Below the pieces are notes generated by a model that saw nothing but the letters and a program-made list of their open reading frames with translations, had not been told where the DNA came from and searched no databases. From Candidatus Woesearchaeota archaeon (GTDB lineage Archaea > Nanobdellota > Nanobdellia > Woesearchaeales > DATGWN01): 56,862 bases of DNA. The stretch is taken from contig JBLKOU010000003.1 in the NCBI GenBank assembly GCA_047603125.1, positions 1 through 56,862 of the forward strand. The letters run 5' to 3'. A program made the position numbers and the translations under genes. Shown here in pieces: positions 8,971 through 19,835 of this stretch; position 1 is the stretch's first letter, and every line of letters starts with the position of its first letter.

Positions 8971-9393
8971 ATGAATGAACAACTTGTGCAATATGCCCAG
9001 ATTTTAACGCAGGCTCCAACACGTTGGGATATGCTCACGACATTAACTGAAATTGGTAAAGATTTGCCAGGATGTGAGCGCAGTGAGCAAAATAAAGTTC
9101 CACATTGCTTATCTTCTGTGTTTTTGGATGTTCGTATACAAGATAATAAAATCAAGATACATATCGATGCAGATGCTCATATTATTCGCGGCTATGCAAA
9201 AATACTCTATGATGCATTTGATAACATGCCCGTTAAAGACTTTCTACAATCAGCATCAACGGACATTAAAGAATTTGTTGAAAAAACACAAATAAATTCA
9301 AGCTTTCTTTCATCTCGGGCTAATTCATTTGGGACAATTTTTCTTTATCTACAAAAAAAAGTTCAAGAACGTGGACAAGCACCAAATGTATAA
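8971..9393 (+). CDS. sufE: SufE-family Fe-S metabolism protein
   Basis: LTEIGKDLP, NKVPHCLSSVFL (conserved Cys), DADAHIIRGY and LSSRANSF motifs. Confidence 0.8.
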   Translation: MNEQLVQYAQILTQAPTRWDMLTTLTEIGKDLPGCERSEQNKVPHCLSSVFLDVRIQDNKIKIHIDADAHIIRGYAKILYDAFDNMPVKDFLQSASTDIKEFVEKTQINSSFLSSRANSFGTIFLYLQKKVQERGQAPNV

Positions 9394-9821
9394 TAGGCAA
9401 TTCTGGGATCATCACAAATTTCACAAGGGTCGGAAGCTTGAACTGCACAAGGCTCCGCCACACATTGTACGCTCTGATTATACCACCCACACACCGGTTG
9501 TATTCTCTCTTGACATTCTAGAGATATATCTTCACAAGACTGAGGCGTAGGAGTTGCATCAAGAACGCAGCCACACCCCGTATGATCAAAGAAGGGATAG
9601 CCAACAGGGCATGAAAATTGTGCAACCCGGCATTCTTGAAGATTCTGACTTCGATATTCTTTTTGAACATCTTCTATGAAAATAGTTGAGCGAACATGGC
9701 ACTGTGCTGGAAATGTTTCTTGTACCTCGTAACCTTCTTGCACACATTGTTCGAATGAATCAATTGATGTGCAGCCTACAAGGACAAATACTGCCACTAT
9801 ACACAAAACGCGAATATGCAT
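9363..9821 (-). CDS. Secreted/lipoprotein-like Cys-rich protein with a Kazal-like C-terminus
   Basis: Signal peptide ending LVGC, SFEQCVQEGYEVQETFPAQC module, and IQPVCG...PCEIC...GAC. Confidence 0.65.
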   Translation of the reverse strand: MHIRVLCIVAVFVLVGCTSIDSFEQCVQEGYEVQETFPAQCHVRSTIFIEDVQKEYRSQNLQECRVAQFSCPVGYPFFDHTGCGCVLDATPTPQSCEDISLECQERIQPVCGWYNQSVQCVAEPCAVQASDPCEICDDPRIAYYTFGACPRS

Positions 9822-9959
9822 ATATTCTTTAGGAACGATTTTCTTTATTAATGTGTTCATTTTTGAAGCCAGATCTAAGAGCAAAAAGATACTGGGTGCT
9901 TTACTCATATGATTTTTCAAATAAATTTTATATATTATTCAAGAAATATAACAATCAAC

Positions 9960-10331
9960 ATGAAACTTCATCATTGCGCTTACAAAATTTCAAAAGGTAA
10001 CTCTGATTTAATGCAGCATTTTTGTGAATTTCTAGGAGCAAAATTAATCTGGGAAGGGCATGATAAAGGAAGAGAAATCGCCATGCAATTTCATAATTTT
10101 ACCATCCAATTCTCAGAAATGAATGAAAAACCAGTTTCATCTAAAAACAAGCAAGAAACTCATTTAGCTTTTTCTTCAAAAAATCCAAAAGCAGATATTT
10201 CTCAAATAAAACATTGGTTTGAAAAAAATAATGTTGAAACAAAAATTGGAAAATGGTCAGAAACAGAATTATGGATTGATTGCCCTTCTATTTTCATAAA
10301 TTTTGTGATTGAAATCTTATATACTGATTAA
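9960..10331 (+). CDS. VOC/glyoxalase-like protein
   Basis: MKLHHCAY, ETHLAF and FVIEI metal-binding pattern. Confidence 0.7.
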   Translation: MKLHHCAYKISKGNSDLMQHFCEFLGAKLIWEGHDKGREIAMQFHNFTIQFSEMNEKPVSSKNKQETHLAFSSKNPKADISQIKHWFEKNNVETKIGKWSETELWIDCPSIFINFVIEILYTD

Positions 10332-10382
10332 CAAAATTATGTCTATACCACACGACCCCATTTTATAGTAATATAATTGAAA

Positions 10383-10820
10383 TCAACTTATCGTTTGCGT
10401 GAAACGTCCAGTTTGTGTGTGAGAAACCAAGGAATCAGGATTTGTGTAATTGAATTCTATTGTCGTGCGTAAAACACCGCCATCAAGCGAACATGCCCTC
10501 GTGTACAAAGCAGACTCTCCCGGACTTAATGAAGAAGGACCTGTGAGAAGACCGCATTCAGGTATAGTAACTTGTACTTGTGTCAACTCAATGGGATAGG
10601 TGTTTTGCAAAAATAAATCAACTGTTTGCCCATCTGCACGAGATTCTGCACATATAATACCAGAAGTAAATTCACAAGTATTTGTATGAACGATGCTTAA
10701 ATCAAATACGCCCGTATATAAAAGCGTACCGAGTGCGAGCAATATTATGGAAAATGCCCAGCCATATGTAATTAAAAACTCAATTGCTGCCTGTCCTTTT
10801 TGTAAACGTCTCATTTTCAT
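10383..10820 (-). CDS. Type IV pilin (class III signal peptide)
   Basis: KG/QAAIEFLITYGWA followed by a hydrophobic helix. Confidence 0.85.
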   Translation of the reverse strand: MKMRRLQKGQAAIEFLITYGWAFSIILLALGTLLYTGVFDLSIVHTNTCEFTSGIICAESRADGQTVDLFLQNTYPIELTQVQVTIPECGLLTGPSSLSPGESALYTRACSLDGGVLRTTIEFNYTNPDSLVSHTQTGRFTQTIS

Positions 10821-11830
10821 AGTATTGTGTAAAACACCCCTTCTAAAACCCAGCGCAAGAGTAAAAACAAGCCCAATGATACTGCAAAAAAGATCGGACT
10901 ATTTTTGAGTGCGCCGTATGCATTTCCATTTTTTATCGCTGAAATAATAACACAAGAAACAACTGATGTTAAAGCCAGCATAATAACACTAAAAATAAAA
11001 AAGTCACTTTGTGATATTGCACTTGAGGAGATTGCTATTGATATTCCAACTGATGAAGAACCTGCACTTGTCGATATCTGATCTCCAAAGGATTGAATAA
11101 TTGTTAACAATTGTCCGGCTATTGCAAAAAGCGTTGGTGCAGCAATAATAACCGCAAACCCTATAAAAATAATATATGCTGTGACATTTGCAACCATACT
11201 TTGCTTTCGAAGTTCTATGTCTTCTAAATTAAGAGCAATATTTTCTAATAAATCTCCTATCTCACTACCAGCATTCATCCCCTCTATTATCAAACTCATG
11301 GATCGTTTTAAAATTTTTGAATCATATTTTTTTCCCAGATCCGTAAGAGCCTGTGTTAAGTCATGACCAATCATCGATTTTTTTGCAACTTGTTCAATTT
11401 CTTTTGAAAGAATACCAAATTGCGAACGTGCACTTCGCCAGAGTGCTTGGTCAACTGTCATCCCTGCACGTATATTGGCAGCCACCACATGTAAGAATTC
11501 AGGGAAATGTTTTTCGATAACTTCTCTTCGCCGAGTTATTAATAAATCAATGTAAACAAAGGAACCAAGAGTAAACGTGAGAAGTAAAAACGGATATATA
11601 AGTATGGCGCACAGAAGAAATACCCACAGATAATAAAGTACTGGCGCTTCTCCTAAATAAAAGCCAACGGTAAGAATGTAAATAAGTGCACTACTTAGTA
11701 TTGCCAACCATTGAATTGTTGCAAAAAATTTTTTATGGGAAATTTCAAATCCTGCTATTTCTAAACGGGATGCAATCTTTTTTTTCAAAAATGCTTCTCT
11801 TTTTTTCTTTCGAATACTATACGCTCTCAC
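10817..11830 (-). CDS. Type IV pilus platform membrane protein (T2SSF/TadC-like)
   Basis: FPEFLHVVAANIRAGMTVDQAL...FGILSKE T2SSF motif, with TM segments. Confidence 0.88.
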   Translation of the reverse strand: MRAYSIRKKKREAFLKKKIASRLEIAGFEISHKKFFATIQWLAILSSALIYILTVGFYLGEAPVLYYLWVFLLCAILIYPFLLLTFTLGSFVYIDLLITRRREVIEKHFPEFLHVVAANIRAGMTVDQALWRSARSQFGILSKEIEQVAKKSMIGHDLTQALTDLGKKYDSKILKRSMSLIIEGMNAGSEIGDLLENIALNLEDIELRKQSMVANVTAYIIFIGFAVIIAAPTLFAIAGQLLTIIQSFGDQISTSAGSSSVGISIAISSSAISQSDFFIFSVIMLALTSVVSCVIISAIKNGNAYGALKNSPIFFAVSLGLFLLLRWVLEGVFYTIL

Positions 11831-12642
11831 ATATCCACCGCCGGTCTTGCACTCATAATAACAGTGTAAAAAAATAATTGTACTATAATAACAAACGAAC
11901 CAATGCCCAATAATGCAGACAATGTTAATTGAATATCAGCAAAAGAAACTAAGACAATGAGTATCACCATCCCTAATGAAGGAAAAATTACAGCAATCAT
12001 TAAATAAAACATGGCAATGGGATTTAATTTTTTTCCATACCGTTCTACCTCAACAAGTTGCATTTTATTTATTTGCTCAAGGACAGTTGTGAGAGAAAGC
12101 GCAATATCAGCACCTGTTTGCAGGGAATTTGCAATTTGCCACATCACTTTTTGAAAATTCTCAGAAGGGTTTAGAACAATTGCTTTTGTAATTGCTTCAT
12201 CAAGGCTTGTTCCTAAATCAACATCATCGATTATTTTTTGAAAATATTGGCCGACGCCATCAAAGTCGCGCGCGGCATTTTGTAAAATGGTATAGATAGG
12301 AATACCGGACTTTATTTGAACAATAAAAAATTTCCCTACAAATAAAATATCTCGATCAATTTGCTTTTTCTTTTGTAATAATTGTTTATCGGGCTGCTTG
12401 AGAAAACTCAAAAATGTTATTATAAAAAAAACTGGCAAAATAGGAACTAAAATCCACAGAGACTTTCCAAAAGCTGATATAATAAAAAATAAACTCAAGC
12501 CCATACCAAGAGCTGCATAAATGCTAACTAAAAAAACACGGCGAATAAATTGTGCAGGCGTAAACTCTAACTGAGCTCTTTGTAAAGATGGTCCAAGAGC
12601 AGGAAATTTTTTTGCTAATTTATGATAAAATGCATGCACCAT
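11827..12642 (-). CDS. Type IV pilus platform membrane protein (T2SSF/TadB-like)
   Basis: IKSGIP...DVDLGTSLDEAI...NSLQTGAD, with TM segments. Confidence 0.88.
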   Translation of the reverse strand: MVHAFYHKLAKKFPALGPSLQRAQLEFTPAQFIRRVFLVSIYAALGMGLSLFFIISAFGKSLWILVPILPVFFIITFLSFLKQPDKQLLQKKKQIDRDILFVGKFFIVQIKSGIPIYTILQNAARDFDGVGQYFQKIIDDVDLGTSLDEAITKAIVLNPSENFQKVMWQIANSLQTGADIALSLTTVLEQINKMQLVEVERYGKKLNPIAMFYLMIAVIFPSLGMVILIVLVSFADIQLTLSALLGIGSFVIIVQLFFYTVIMSARPAVDM

Positions 12643-14163
12643 TTAGGAATCCTCACGAACTTTTGCAAGTAATGCTTGTGAATCTTCATAATATTCTGCC
12701 ATTAACAAACTTATCTTTTCAATATCATTAATATCATTTTTCACAATATAACGTAATACTTCTTCTTTTTCTTTTAATTGTGTGAGTAACTGTTTTTTGG
12801 ACACTCCTGAAAAAATTTGTAACGTTTCAAATAAGACCTTTGGTTCCTGAACTTGTTTGAGTTTATCTGTTTCCGGATCATAGCGAAAGAGTACTGTTGC
12901 ATCCCCCGATTTAGAAATTTCTGCAATCTCAAATGTTCGCCGAAACCCAGTTCGTCTATTTCTATATTGTACAATGACAAGTGAGAGAGCAGGAATCATT
13001 GTTTTTGGAACATTAATCGGCGCATTTGTTAAGCGGGTAACCGTCTCATGGGCAGTATTTGCGTGCACAGTTGCATAAACTGAGTGCCCTGTGTGAATTG
13101 CTTCAAATAATACTTCTGCTTCTGCAGGCTTTCTAATTTCCCCAACAATTACTCTATCTGGGCGCATACGCAAAGAATTTTGCAATAAATTGAGCATGGT
13201 AACACCACCACGACCCTCTGCATTTGGCAATCGCGTTAACATAGGAACCCAATGAAAAAAATCGGGAAGCTTAATTTCACGTGTATCCTCAATTGAAATA
13301 ACACGCTGACTTAATGGAAAAAAGTTAGATAAAATGTTTAACATACTTGTTTTACCTGAAGCCGTCCCTCCCGCGATCAGAAGGGATAATTCATATTGAA
13401 TTGCATGCCATAATAGCGCAGCTGCTTGCACACTAATCGTATTATGTGAGAGAAAATCACAAATAGTCCATGGTTTTGCAGAAAATTTTCGAATAGTAAT
13501 AGTATTTCCTTCGTTAGAAATCGGCATCAATGTCGCATTCACACGGTCTCCGACATTTATCGTCACATCTAAGAGAGGTTCAAGAACTGAAATTTGCCTT
13601 CCGACTTTTCGACCAATTGTCGTAGCCAGATAGCGAATTTGATCCTCGCTTCCAATAGTAATATTTGTCTTTAGCCAACCATGTCTTCTATGATATACCC
13701 AAACTGGCATTTTTGAACCATTGACGGCAATCTCTTCTAGACCTTGATCACTCATTAAAATTTCAACTTCCCCTAACCCTATACTTCGCAATAATACATA
13801 GGATACAAAAAAATCAATGTCTTCTGTTGCAGCCGTTGGAAAATATTTTTTCACCAATTTTTCAATTTCTTTTGCAAACACTGCTTGAACATCATCATGC
13901 TTTTGTGTTAAATCCGTTATCTGAATAGAGCCTAAATTCACCGACTTAACTAATTGTTGGCGAATATTTTCTAGAATAACAAGAGTATTTTTTCCAATAC
14001 TTGGAATTGACACATCATAGAGGCGCACAAATGCACCTTCTTTTTTGTAAACTGTAATTTGTAAAGGAATACTTCGACACCGTACTTCATACGAATCAAT
14101 GACAGTAATTTTATCAGACGAATCACCTTGTGGCGTTCCAAGAGAACCAGAAAAATCAGCCAT
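12643..14163 (-). CDS. Type IV pilus assembly ATPase (CpaF/TadA/VirB11 family)
   Basis: GGTASGKT, IEDTRE, LRMRPDRVIVGE and HTGHSVYATVHA motifs. Start moved to MADF because the longer ORF overlaps the upstream gene. Confidence 0.92.
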   Translation of the reverse strand: MADFSGSLGTPQGDSSDKITVIDSYEVRCRSIPLQITVYKKEGAFVRLYDVSIPSIGKNTLVILENIRQQLVKSVNLGSIQITDLTQKHDDVQAVFAKEIEKLVKKYFPTAATEDIDFFVSYVLLRSIGLGEVEILMSDQGLEEIAVNGSKMPVWVYHRRHGWLKTNITIGSEDQIRYLATTIGRKVGRQISVLEPLLDVTINVGDRVNATLMPISNEGNTITIRKFSAKPWTICDFLSHNTISVQAAALLWHAIQYELSLLIAGGTASGKTSMLNILSNFFPLSQRVISIEDTREIKLPDFFHWVPMLTRLPNAEGRGGVTMLNLLQNSLRMRPDRVIVGEIRKPAEAEVLFEAIHTGHSVYATVHANTAHETVTRLTNAPINVPKTMIPALSLVIVQYRNRRTGFRRTFEIAEISKSGDATVLFRYDPETDKLKQVQEPKVLFETLQIFSGVSKKQLLTQLKEKEEVLRYIVKNDINDIEKISLLMAEYYEDSQALLAKVREDS

Positions 14164-14260
14164 CTTGGTCGTACCAGTATTTTTTCGTAATGACTTTTTA
14201 TAGAGATGCTCAGCTCGTTGCTTTTTTGAAACATTTGTGATTGTTTCTATGGACTGATCA

Positions 14261-15526
14261 TCAAGATCTCTTTTTTGCTGTTTTTTTCGTACTCTTGACG
14301 TTTTTTTTGCTGACTTTTTTTGTGGCACGTTGTTGTTCCTCTTTTTTTTGTATTGCGGCTTTATTCCAATCAAGCAATGCAGTTAATTTTTCAATATGTT
14401 TTTTAAAAAAAGACCGCTTTGATGTAATCGTGCTAATTTGTGCATTCATCCGATCAAGTTCTTTTTGGTATTCAGCAGTCCCCATACTTAAATCTAAAAG
14501 TTTGGACTGTCTTTTTAAATTCTCTATTTCCGAGCGCAATTCCACTTCCTCATGACCAATGATGTTTAAAATTTCATGAATATCTTTTTTATGACTAAAT
14601 AATTCTCGAAAGTGAATTGGCAATTCTTTGAGTTCTTTTTCTTTTTTTGTCAGCGACTTTTCATGCTGCGTCATCTTTTCAAAAATATTTTGCTGCAGGC
14701 GGCCTATTTCTTTTTCATACCCTTTATTTTCAAGTAAAATTTCTTGTAATTGCGTGTGTTCCTTTTCCAGCTCATCTTTGAGTAAGTCATGCTTTTTTTG
14801 AATTTCAAACACATGATCTTCAGTTTGTAAAAGTTGTTTTGCCCGCTCATCAACTTGTGTTTGAATTTGTGAGCTCAACTCCTGTACTTGTTTTAATCTC
14901 TGTTGCAACTCTTTTTCTTGGTGTTTTACTTTATCTAGAAATCGTCTACTTTTTAGAAAGACTTCTTGATCTTTATCAAGCTCTTTTTTTGCCTGTGTAT
15001 ACTCTTTAATGTAATTTGTTTTTACATGATCAATATGACTTTCAATGTCTTTAATTTTGCTATAAGATGATTCTTTTGCCTGAATAAGTTTTTTGTCAAG
15101 TTCTTCTTTTTTCTTTTCTATTTCTTGCAATTGCGATAATTCATCTTCAACAACATGCATCTTTTTATCAACATTTCCTTCTAAATTCTTTATGATATCC
15201 ACGACATAATTAATCTTTTTATCCAATTCATTAAAATAACTCTCCGCACCTTCGAGTTTCTTGCTAAATAATTCTTTTTGAGACATAAAATCAGTCACTT
15301 TTGACTTGAGCGTATCTTTTGACATCTCTTTTTTTACCAGTGTTGTAGAACGAAGACCATATTCTATTGCAACAATCTGTTGATCTTCAAGAATATGCGT
15401 CCACTCTTCAACAGTTTGAATAGGAAGTGCGAGCCTTTTTGCTGCATCTTTGAGTGTGATTTTTCCATACTCATTTACTAGCGCAACTAATTTGTCTACC
15501 GTTGTATCAATATGCTTAGATCTCAT
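14261..15526 (-). CDS. Coiled-coil protein with an N-terminal winged-helix-like domain
   Basis: TTVDKLVALV...ITLKDAAKRL...VEEWTHILED followed by about 300 aa of heptad-rich sequence. Confidence 0.7.
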   Translation of the reverse strand: MRSKHIDTTVDKLVALVNEYGKITLKDAAKRLALPIQTVEEWTHILEDQQIVAIEYGLRSTTLVKKEMSKDTLKSKVTDFMSQKELFSKKLEGAESYFNELDKKINYVVDIIKNLEGNVDKKMHVVEDELSQLQEIEKKKEELDKKLIQAKESSYSKIKDIESHIDHVKTNYIKEYTQAKKELDKDQEVFLKSRRFLDKVKHQEKELQQRLKQVQELSSQIQTQVDERAKQLLQTEDHVFEIQKKHDLLKDELEKEHTQLQEILLENKGYEKEIGRLQQNIFEKMTQHEKSLTKKEKELKELPIHFRELFSHKKDIHEILNIIGHEEVELRSEIENLKRQSKLLDLSMGTAEYQKELDRMNAQISTITSKRSFFKKHIEKLTALLDWNKAAIQKKEEQQRATKKVSKKNVKSTKKTAKKRS

Positions 15527-15660
15527 TGTTCCTACACAGCAATGTAAAAGAAAACACCGTTTATATAGTTTATGATACTCTTATGTGATAGTCACAGTCC
15601 GCGACGCTTGGAAAACCCTCTTATTCTCAATTACACACAGTATTTTTGTCATCACAAATG

Positions 15661-16647
15661 TTATTCATAAACAAACGCATCTAACTGATAGAGTTCGAGT
15701 CTACTTACGCCCAAACTTGATTGATTATCAAGTCGAAAAATGCTTGGCATATTGCTAAATTCATATACAGGAAGTGCGCCTGTAGAAAAATACAAAAAGT
15801 CAACATTCGTCCGACCACTATCTATTGGCATATAGAGCGATAAATATGCTTTATCGACTAAACTTTCAATACCTGTCTGGTCCATGCTTGGCGTTAGATC
15901 TCCTTCTAAGCGCATTAAAAAATTTGGAGCACCCGCAAACGAGACATAGTATTGCTGTGTCACGTGATCTTGAAGATTTGAGCTATCCCCACCCACAACA
16001 AACATACCATCATGAGGCGTTTGATTAATAACAGAAAAAATCTGATTTGTCGTACCAACAATATACACAGGATCCAAAAAACCAACAATAGGCACTTGTG
16101 CTGTGGCAGAAAAACTCCGATTCCACGTTGCTTGTGTTATTGTATCCGTAAAATTTGCAATGAAAGAAACGCTTATATCAATCACCCAAGGCTGTGTTTG
16201 TTCAATAGCAATCTCGGGAACGGTATGTTCAAAAAGAATATTTCTTTGTTGGGCTTGCATTGAAACTTTATCAAGCCAATCACTAAAGGTGTTATTTTCC
16301 ATTAAAAAGACTGACTCACCGTCAATCGTTCCTTCAAACATGAGTTCTTGCAATGTATCTTGTGCAGAGTCAACGTAATCTAGTTGATTTTCAATATGTT
16401 GAATTGTTGAAATAACGGCACGAAACCCCGCCGTATAAAGCGCAAATTCTCCATCGTGTCCAACATTATCAATAAAGGCATTCACACTGACCAAGCGATT
16501 CGACGAAACTGAATATGAAGCAGTGTTTGAGAGCGAGTCTTGTAAGACAATCAAGGAAAAAATAAAACCAAGAATAAATATTGCTGATACTGTAAAAAAG
16601 ATAGCTTTCTTTTTAATAACACCCTTCATCTGTTTTTTTAATCCCAT
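15661..16647 (-). CDS. Pilus-associated protein with a class III-like signal
   Basis: KKKA/IFFTVSAIFIL hydrophobic N-terminus. Last gene of the minor-pilin run. Confidence 0.7.
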   Translation of the reverse strand: MGLKKQMKGVIKKKAIFFTVSAIFILGFIFSLIVLQDSLSNTASYSVSSNRLVSVNAFIDNVGHDGEFALYTAGFRAVISTIQHIENQLDYVDSAQDTLQELMFEGTIDGESVFLMENNTFSDWLDKVSMQAQQRNILFEHTVPEIAIEQTQPWVIDISVSFIANFTDTITQATWNRSFSATAQVPIVGFLDPVYIVGTTNQIFSVINQTPHDGMFVVGGDSSNLQDHVTQQYYVSFAGAPNFLMRLEGDLTPSMDQTGIESLVDKAYLSLYMPIDSGRTNVDFLYFSTGALPVYEFSNMPSIFRLDNQSSLGVSRLELYQLDAFVYE

Positions 16648-18581
16648 ACTCTCACCTCAACAAGTGCAGGGCCCCAGAGTGAGGGCACATTTGTTATTGA
16701 ATTACTTGTGACTGTTATGTCATCAGATTCAATAAAACCCTCCATTACCTGTGCTAATCTATCAAGGGCATCTTGATTTGCTTCTTCCAATGTATCAAAT
16801 GGTTGGCCATATCCAACATAGGCAGGAATATAAAATTCAGATAAAACCCATGATAAATCAGCGACAAATTCATTTGTTCCAACATCATCACGAGCTCGAA
16901 CATAGTTTTGAACAGAAGGTGACAAGGCAAACAATGAATTATCCAGATAAATGGCAGTTGGAATAATACGTGCGCCAGGAGAGCGATACACTTGTGTTTG
17001 AGGAGGGTCATATATATCCGCCCACACAGTTGCCAAGTTTGAGTATCGCTGCGTTAAATACACAAATACATCTCCCTTTTGCACTGCCTGCGACGGAAAT
17101 GTAAACGAAACTTGCATGTCTGAACTATCAGGAGGTTCAAAAAATGTTCGTTGTGAAACTTTCACTGTTCCCGGAGGTATTGGATTAGCTGGCAGAGTAT
17201 AGTTTACTTCAATATACGATGAACCTTGCGGGTCGTTAATTGGATCGCTGTAGAGACGAACCCAATCTGAGCCCCACACTACATCGCCATAATTGTTAAA
17301 ATACACACCAACTACATTCGTTCCCGAAACTAAGTGATTTTCAAAAAAGGATGTATCATAGGAATAAATAGGATTTGGATCAGGACTCGGATCATTATCA
17401 ACAGGCTGTACACTATTGACAAATAAGATATAATCATAGTCATTTGGCAAACGATAATTCCCATTCCAGTCAAGAAATGTACAACGCCGATTTGAAATAT
17501 AATACGCTTGACAATTTGGGAAATTCAAATTATAATTTCGCACATTATTTGCAACAACTTGCATGTTTACATCAATGTCAGTTGCACCTTCAGGTATAAA
17601 AAACGGAAGTGTTGACCACACACCGGCTTTGAAATTTCCCTGCTCAAAACTTTCAATATTATCAAAATAATACCGTTTGCTTACTTGCTGTTCTTGAACA
17701 GCAAACTCTAACTCTTGTGAATACTCAATAACAATTTGCATACCTGGATGTGTATGGGCATTATAATGGTTCATATTGAGGTGCATCCAAAATTCATTCA
17801 TGTCTGAAACAACACAGGAGGTTATGTCTTTGACTGCGACATCACCCTGATCATCATACCACCAATCAAAATCTCGATTATCAAAATAACATTGTCCTTG
17901 ATTCATATCGACTTGAACAGAATTTGTACTGCCATGTTTATGAACAGACATAATTAGTTGGGCAGAATGAATTGTCTTTCCTGTCAAATCAAAAAATTTT
18001 GTCATTTCCATATGTCCTGCGTGCCACCCTGCTCCAAGGGGCGATATATCAACGATTTTTGTTCCATTGCCTCGCACTTGATTTGCACGTGCATTTGCGA
18101 TAAAACCACGAACGGGTTTATTTTTTTCAATCCCTGAAATAATACGCCACTCAACTGACTGACTGTTTTGTGCAGGCGTCGTGCGAACAAAAACTGGTTC
18201 CTGTTCGATCCACAAGCCAAGATTATATTTATCCAAAGGTTGTTGATCAACTATTGATTCTAATATATCATATGCGAGCGCGTCTTCACCCCGAGACCAC
18301 AACACTGTTATTAATGAGAGAACATTACCATCAGTATCCACAATTTTTCCATCATTTACTCCCGAAACAATCGGGACATTTCCCTGTTCATATAACTCTT
18401 GTACAGATAATACTTCTAAGACATTCATCACATCTGTTGCAATAATTTGTGTATGCGAGTAAACAATTGATGAACTGGAAGAAAAATAAAATAAAGACAA
18501 GCCTGCAATTAAAAGAATTGCAAACAATAATGCATCAAGTAAAAAATAAATTCCTTTTTTTCTTGCTTGAATTATTGCCAT
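16638..18581 (-). CDS. Large pilin-like / putative tip adhesin (class III signal)
   Basis: KKG/IYFLLDALL signal, beta-rich extracellular region, C-terminal WGPALVEVRVW. Confidence 0.7.
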   Translation of the reverse strand: MAIIQARKKGIYFLLDALLFAILLIAGLSLFYFSSSSSIVYSHTQIIATDVMNVLEVLSVQELYEQGNVPIVSGVNDGKIVDTDGNVLSLITVLWSRGEDALAYDILESIVDQQPLDKYNLGLWIEQEPVFVRTTPAQNSQSVEWRIISGIEKNKPVRGFIANARANQVRGNGTKIVDISPLGAGWHAGHMEMTKFFDLTGKTIHSAQLIMSVHKHGSTNSVQVDMNQGQCYFDNRDFDWWYDDQGDVAVKDITSCVVSDMNEFWMHLNMNHYNAHTHPGMQIVIEYSQELEFAVQEQQVSKRYYFDNIESFEQGNFKAGVWSTLPFFIPEGATDIDVNMQVVANNVRNYNLNFPNCQAYYISNRRCTFLDWNGNYRLPNDYDYILFVNSVQPVDNDPSPDPNPIYSYDTSFFENHLVSGTNVVGVYFNNYGDVVWGSDWVRLYSDPINDPQGSSYIEVNYTLPANPIPPGTVKVSQRTFFEPPDSSDMQVSFTFPSQAVQKGDVFVYLTQRYSNLATVWADIYDPPQTQVYRSPGARIIPTAIYLDNSLFALSPSVQNYVRARDDVGTNEFVADLSWVLSEFYIPAYVGYGQPFDTLEEANQDALDRLAQVMEGFIESDDITVTSNSITNVPSLWGPALVEVRVWD

Positions 18582-19048
18582 ACAATCACCTGTAATTGAA
18601 TAACGTGTGCATCTAAAAATGCGAGTCGAGTAACAGAAAACTGCGTTGTTGCATTTATCGGCTGCTCTCCGACAAATGAAATCCCATTAAATTCTACAGG
18701 CACATCGTTTTCCACAAAACGAATCCAATAGGAATAACTGCTGGGAAGATATGCGTCTAATTGACTTTGATCAAATTCATAAAACGCTTGTATTTTTTGC
18801 TCATCGAGTGTTTTATTAGAAAGTAAGCCTATTTTTTCAATCGTACCATCTGTCCAATCGGCAGGCTGACCTTGTTGAAGCAACTGCTCGCTTAAAAAAT
18901 ACGCCTCACTAATCATCGCTTTTGAATATGGTGTCGTAGTTGCGAATACACCTGAAAATTGAAAGACTGCAAATAAGACGACACTCACAACAACAAGGGC
19001 TAATAAAAAGTCAATATGCCAAATTTGTCCTTTATTTTTTGCTTTCAC
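18572..19048 (-). CDS. Minor pilin (class III signal)
   Basis: KG/QIWHIDFLLA and GQPADW motifs. Confidence 0.8.
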   Translation of the reverse strand: MKAKNKGQIWHIDFLLALVVVSVVLFAVFQFSGVFATTTPYSKAMISEAYFLSEQLLQQGQPADWTDGTIEKIGLLSNKTLDEQKIQAFYEFDQSQLDAYLPSSYSYWIRFVENDVPVEFNGISFVGEQPINATTQFSVTRLAFLDAHVIQLQVIVWQ

Positions 19049-19428
19049 TGTACTTGCAACCCCGACTCTTCTTTTATGACTGTGAATGTCTTTTCTTGTG
19101 TCTGACCCACTACTCCTACAATGGGAAGAATAATTTGAATCGAGTCTGAAAACACATACATATTCGATTGTAAAATCTCAAATGTATACTCTCTTCCAGC
19201 AATTGTTTGTGGAAGCTCAATTGTTTTTGTAAACCCTTCACTCATCGTTGCTAGAACAAATAAGTCATACTGAATATTTTGTGCAAATACTTCAAATGCT
19301 TCATAGGCAAGCTGATCTTGGGTGTTTTGCTGTTCATAAAAAACAAAGAATGCAACAATACTAAAGATGACTATGCTCACACCCACATACACAATGAATT
19401 CTGTTAAAACTTGACCTCTTTTTTTCAT
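19045..19428 (-). CDS. Minor pilin (class III signal)
   Basis: KRG/QVLTEF and ELPQTIAGREY motifs. Confidence 0.8.
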   Translation of the reverse strand: MKKRGQVLTEFIVYVGVSIVIFSIVAFFVFYEQQNTQDQLAYEAFEVFAQNIQYDLFVLATMSEGFTKTIELPQTIAGREYTFEILQSNMYVFSDSIQIILPIVGVVGQTQEKTFTVIKEESGLQVQ

Positions 19429-19835
19429 ATTTGCTCTATTTGTACATGATTATCAAATGCTGTTACTCTCAATGTTTTTGTTCCACGTTGTGCATCAATT
19501 GTTCCTTGTAATGGCACTGTAGAAAAAAAGACAATATCATTGAGACCTCCTGACGTGTGCATTCGCGCAGTGATAGTATTTTGTGCAATAAGTATTTGAT
19601 CCACATTTGTTGGAAGTGTAATTGTTATAACACGAAAAGAATTCGGTCCAATTCCATAAACAAGTTGTGATTGCTCAACTATGGACTGTAGAGAACTCTG
19701 CACCTGGTTTTCTCGAACACTCTGCTCAAAATCTGAAAAGGATAAAAATGCTAATGCTGCTGCCCCTAAAATAGCAATAAGTGCAAAACCCATTAAAAGA
19801 AGATACTCAATACTTACCTGACCTCTTTTTTGCAT
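19425..19835 (-). CDS. Minor pilin (class III signal)
   Basis: KRG/QVSIEYLL and VYGIGPNS motifs. Confidence 0.82.
   Translation of the reverse strand: MQKRGQVSIEYLLLMGFALIAILGAAALAFLSFSDFEQSVRENQVQSSLQSIVEQSQLVYGIGPNSFRVITITLPTNVDQILIAQNTITARMHTSGGLNDIVFFSTVPLQGTIDAQRGTKTLRVTAFDNHVQIEQI

Noticed and set aside
14164-14373. Basic N-terminal extension of the pilus ATPase
   Set aside because: It overlaps the 3' end of the upstream gene in another frame. An ATG at 14163 gives a normal-length protein.
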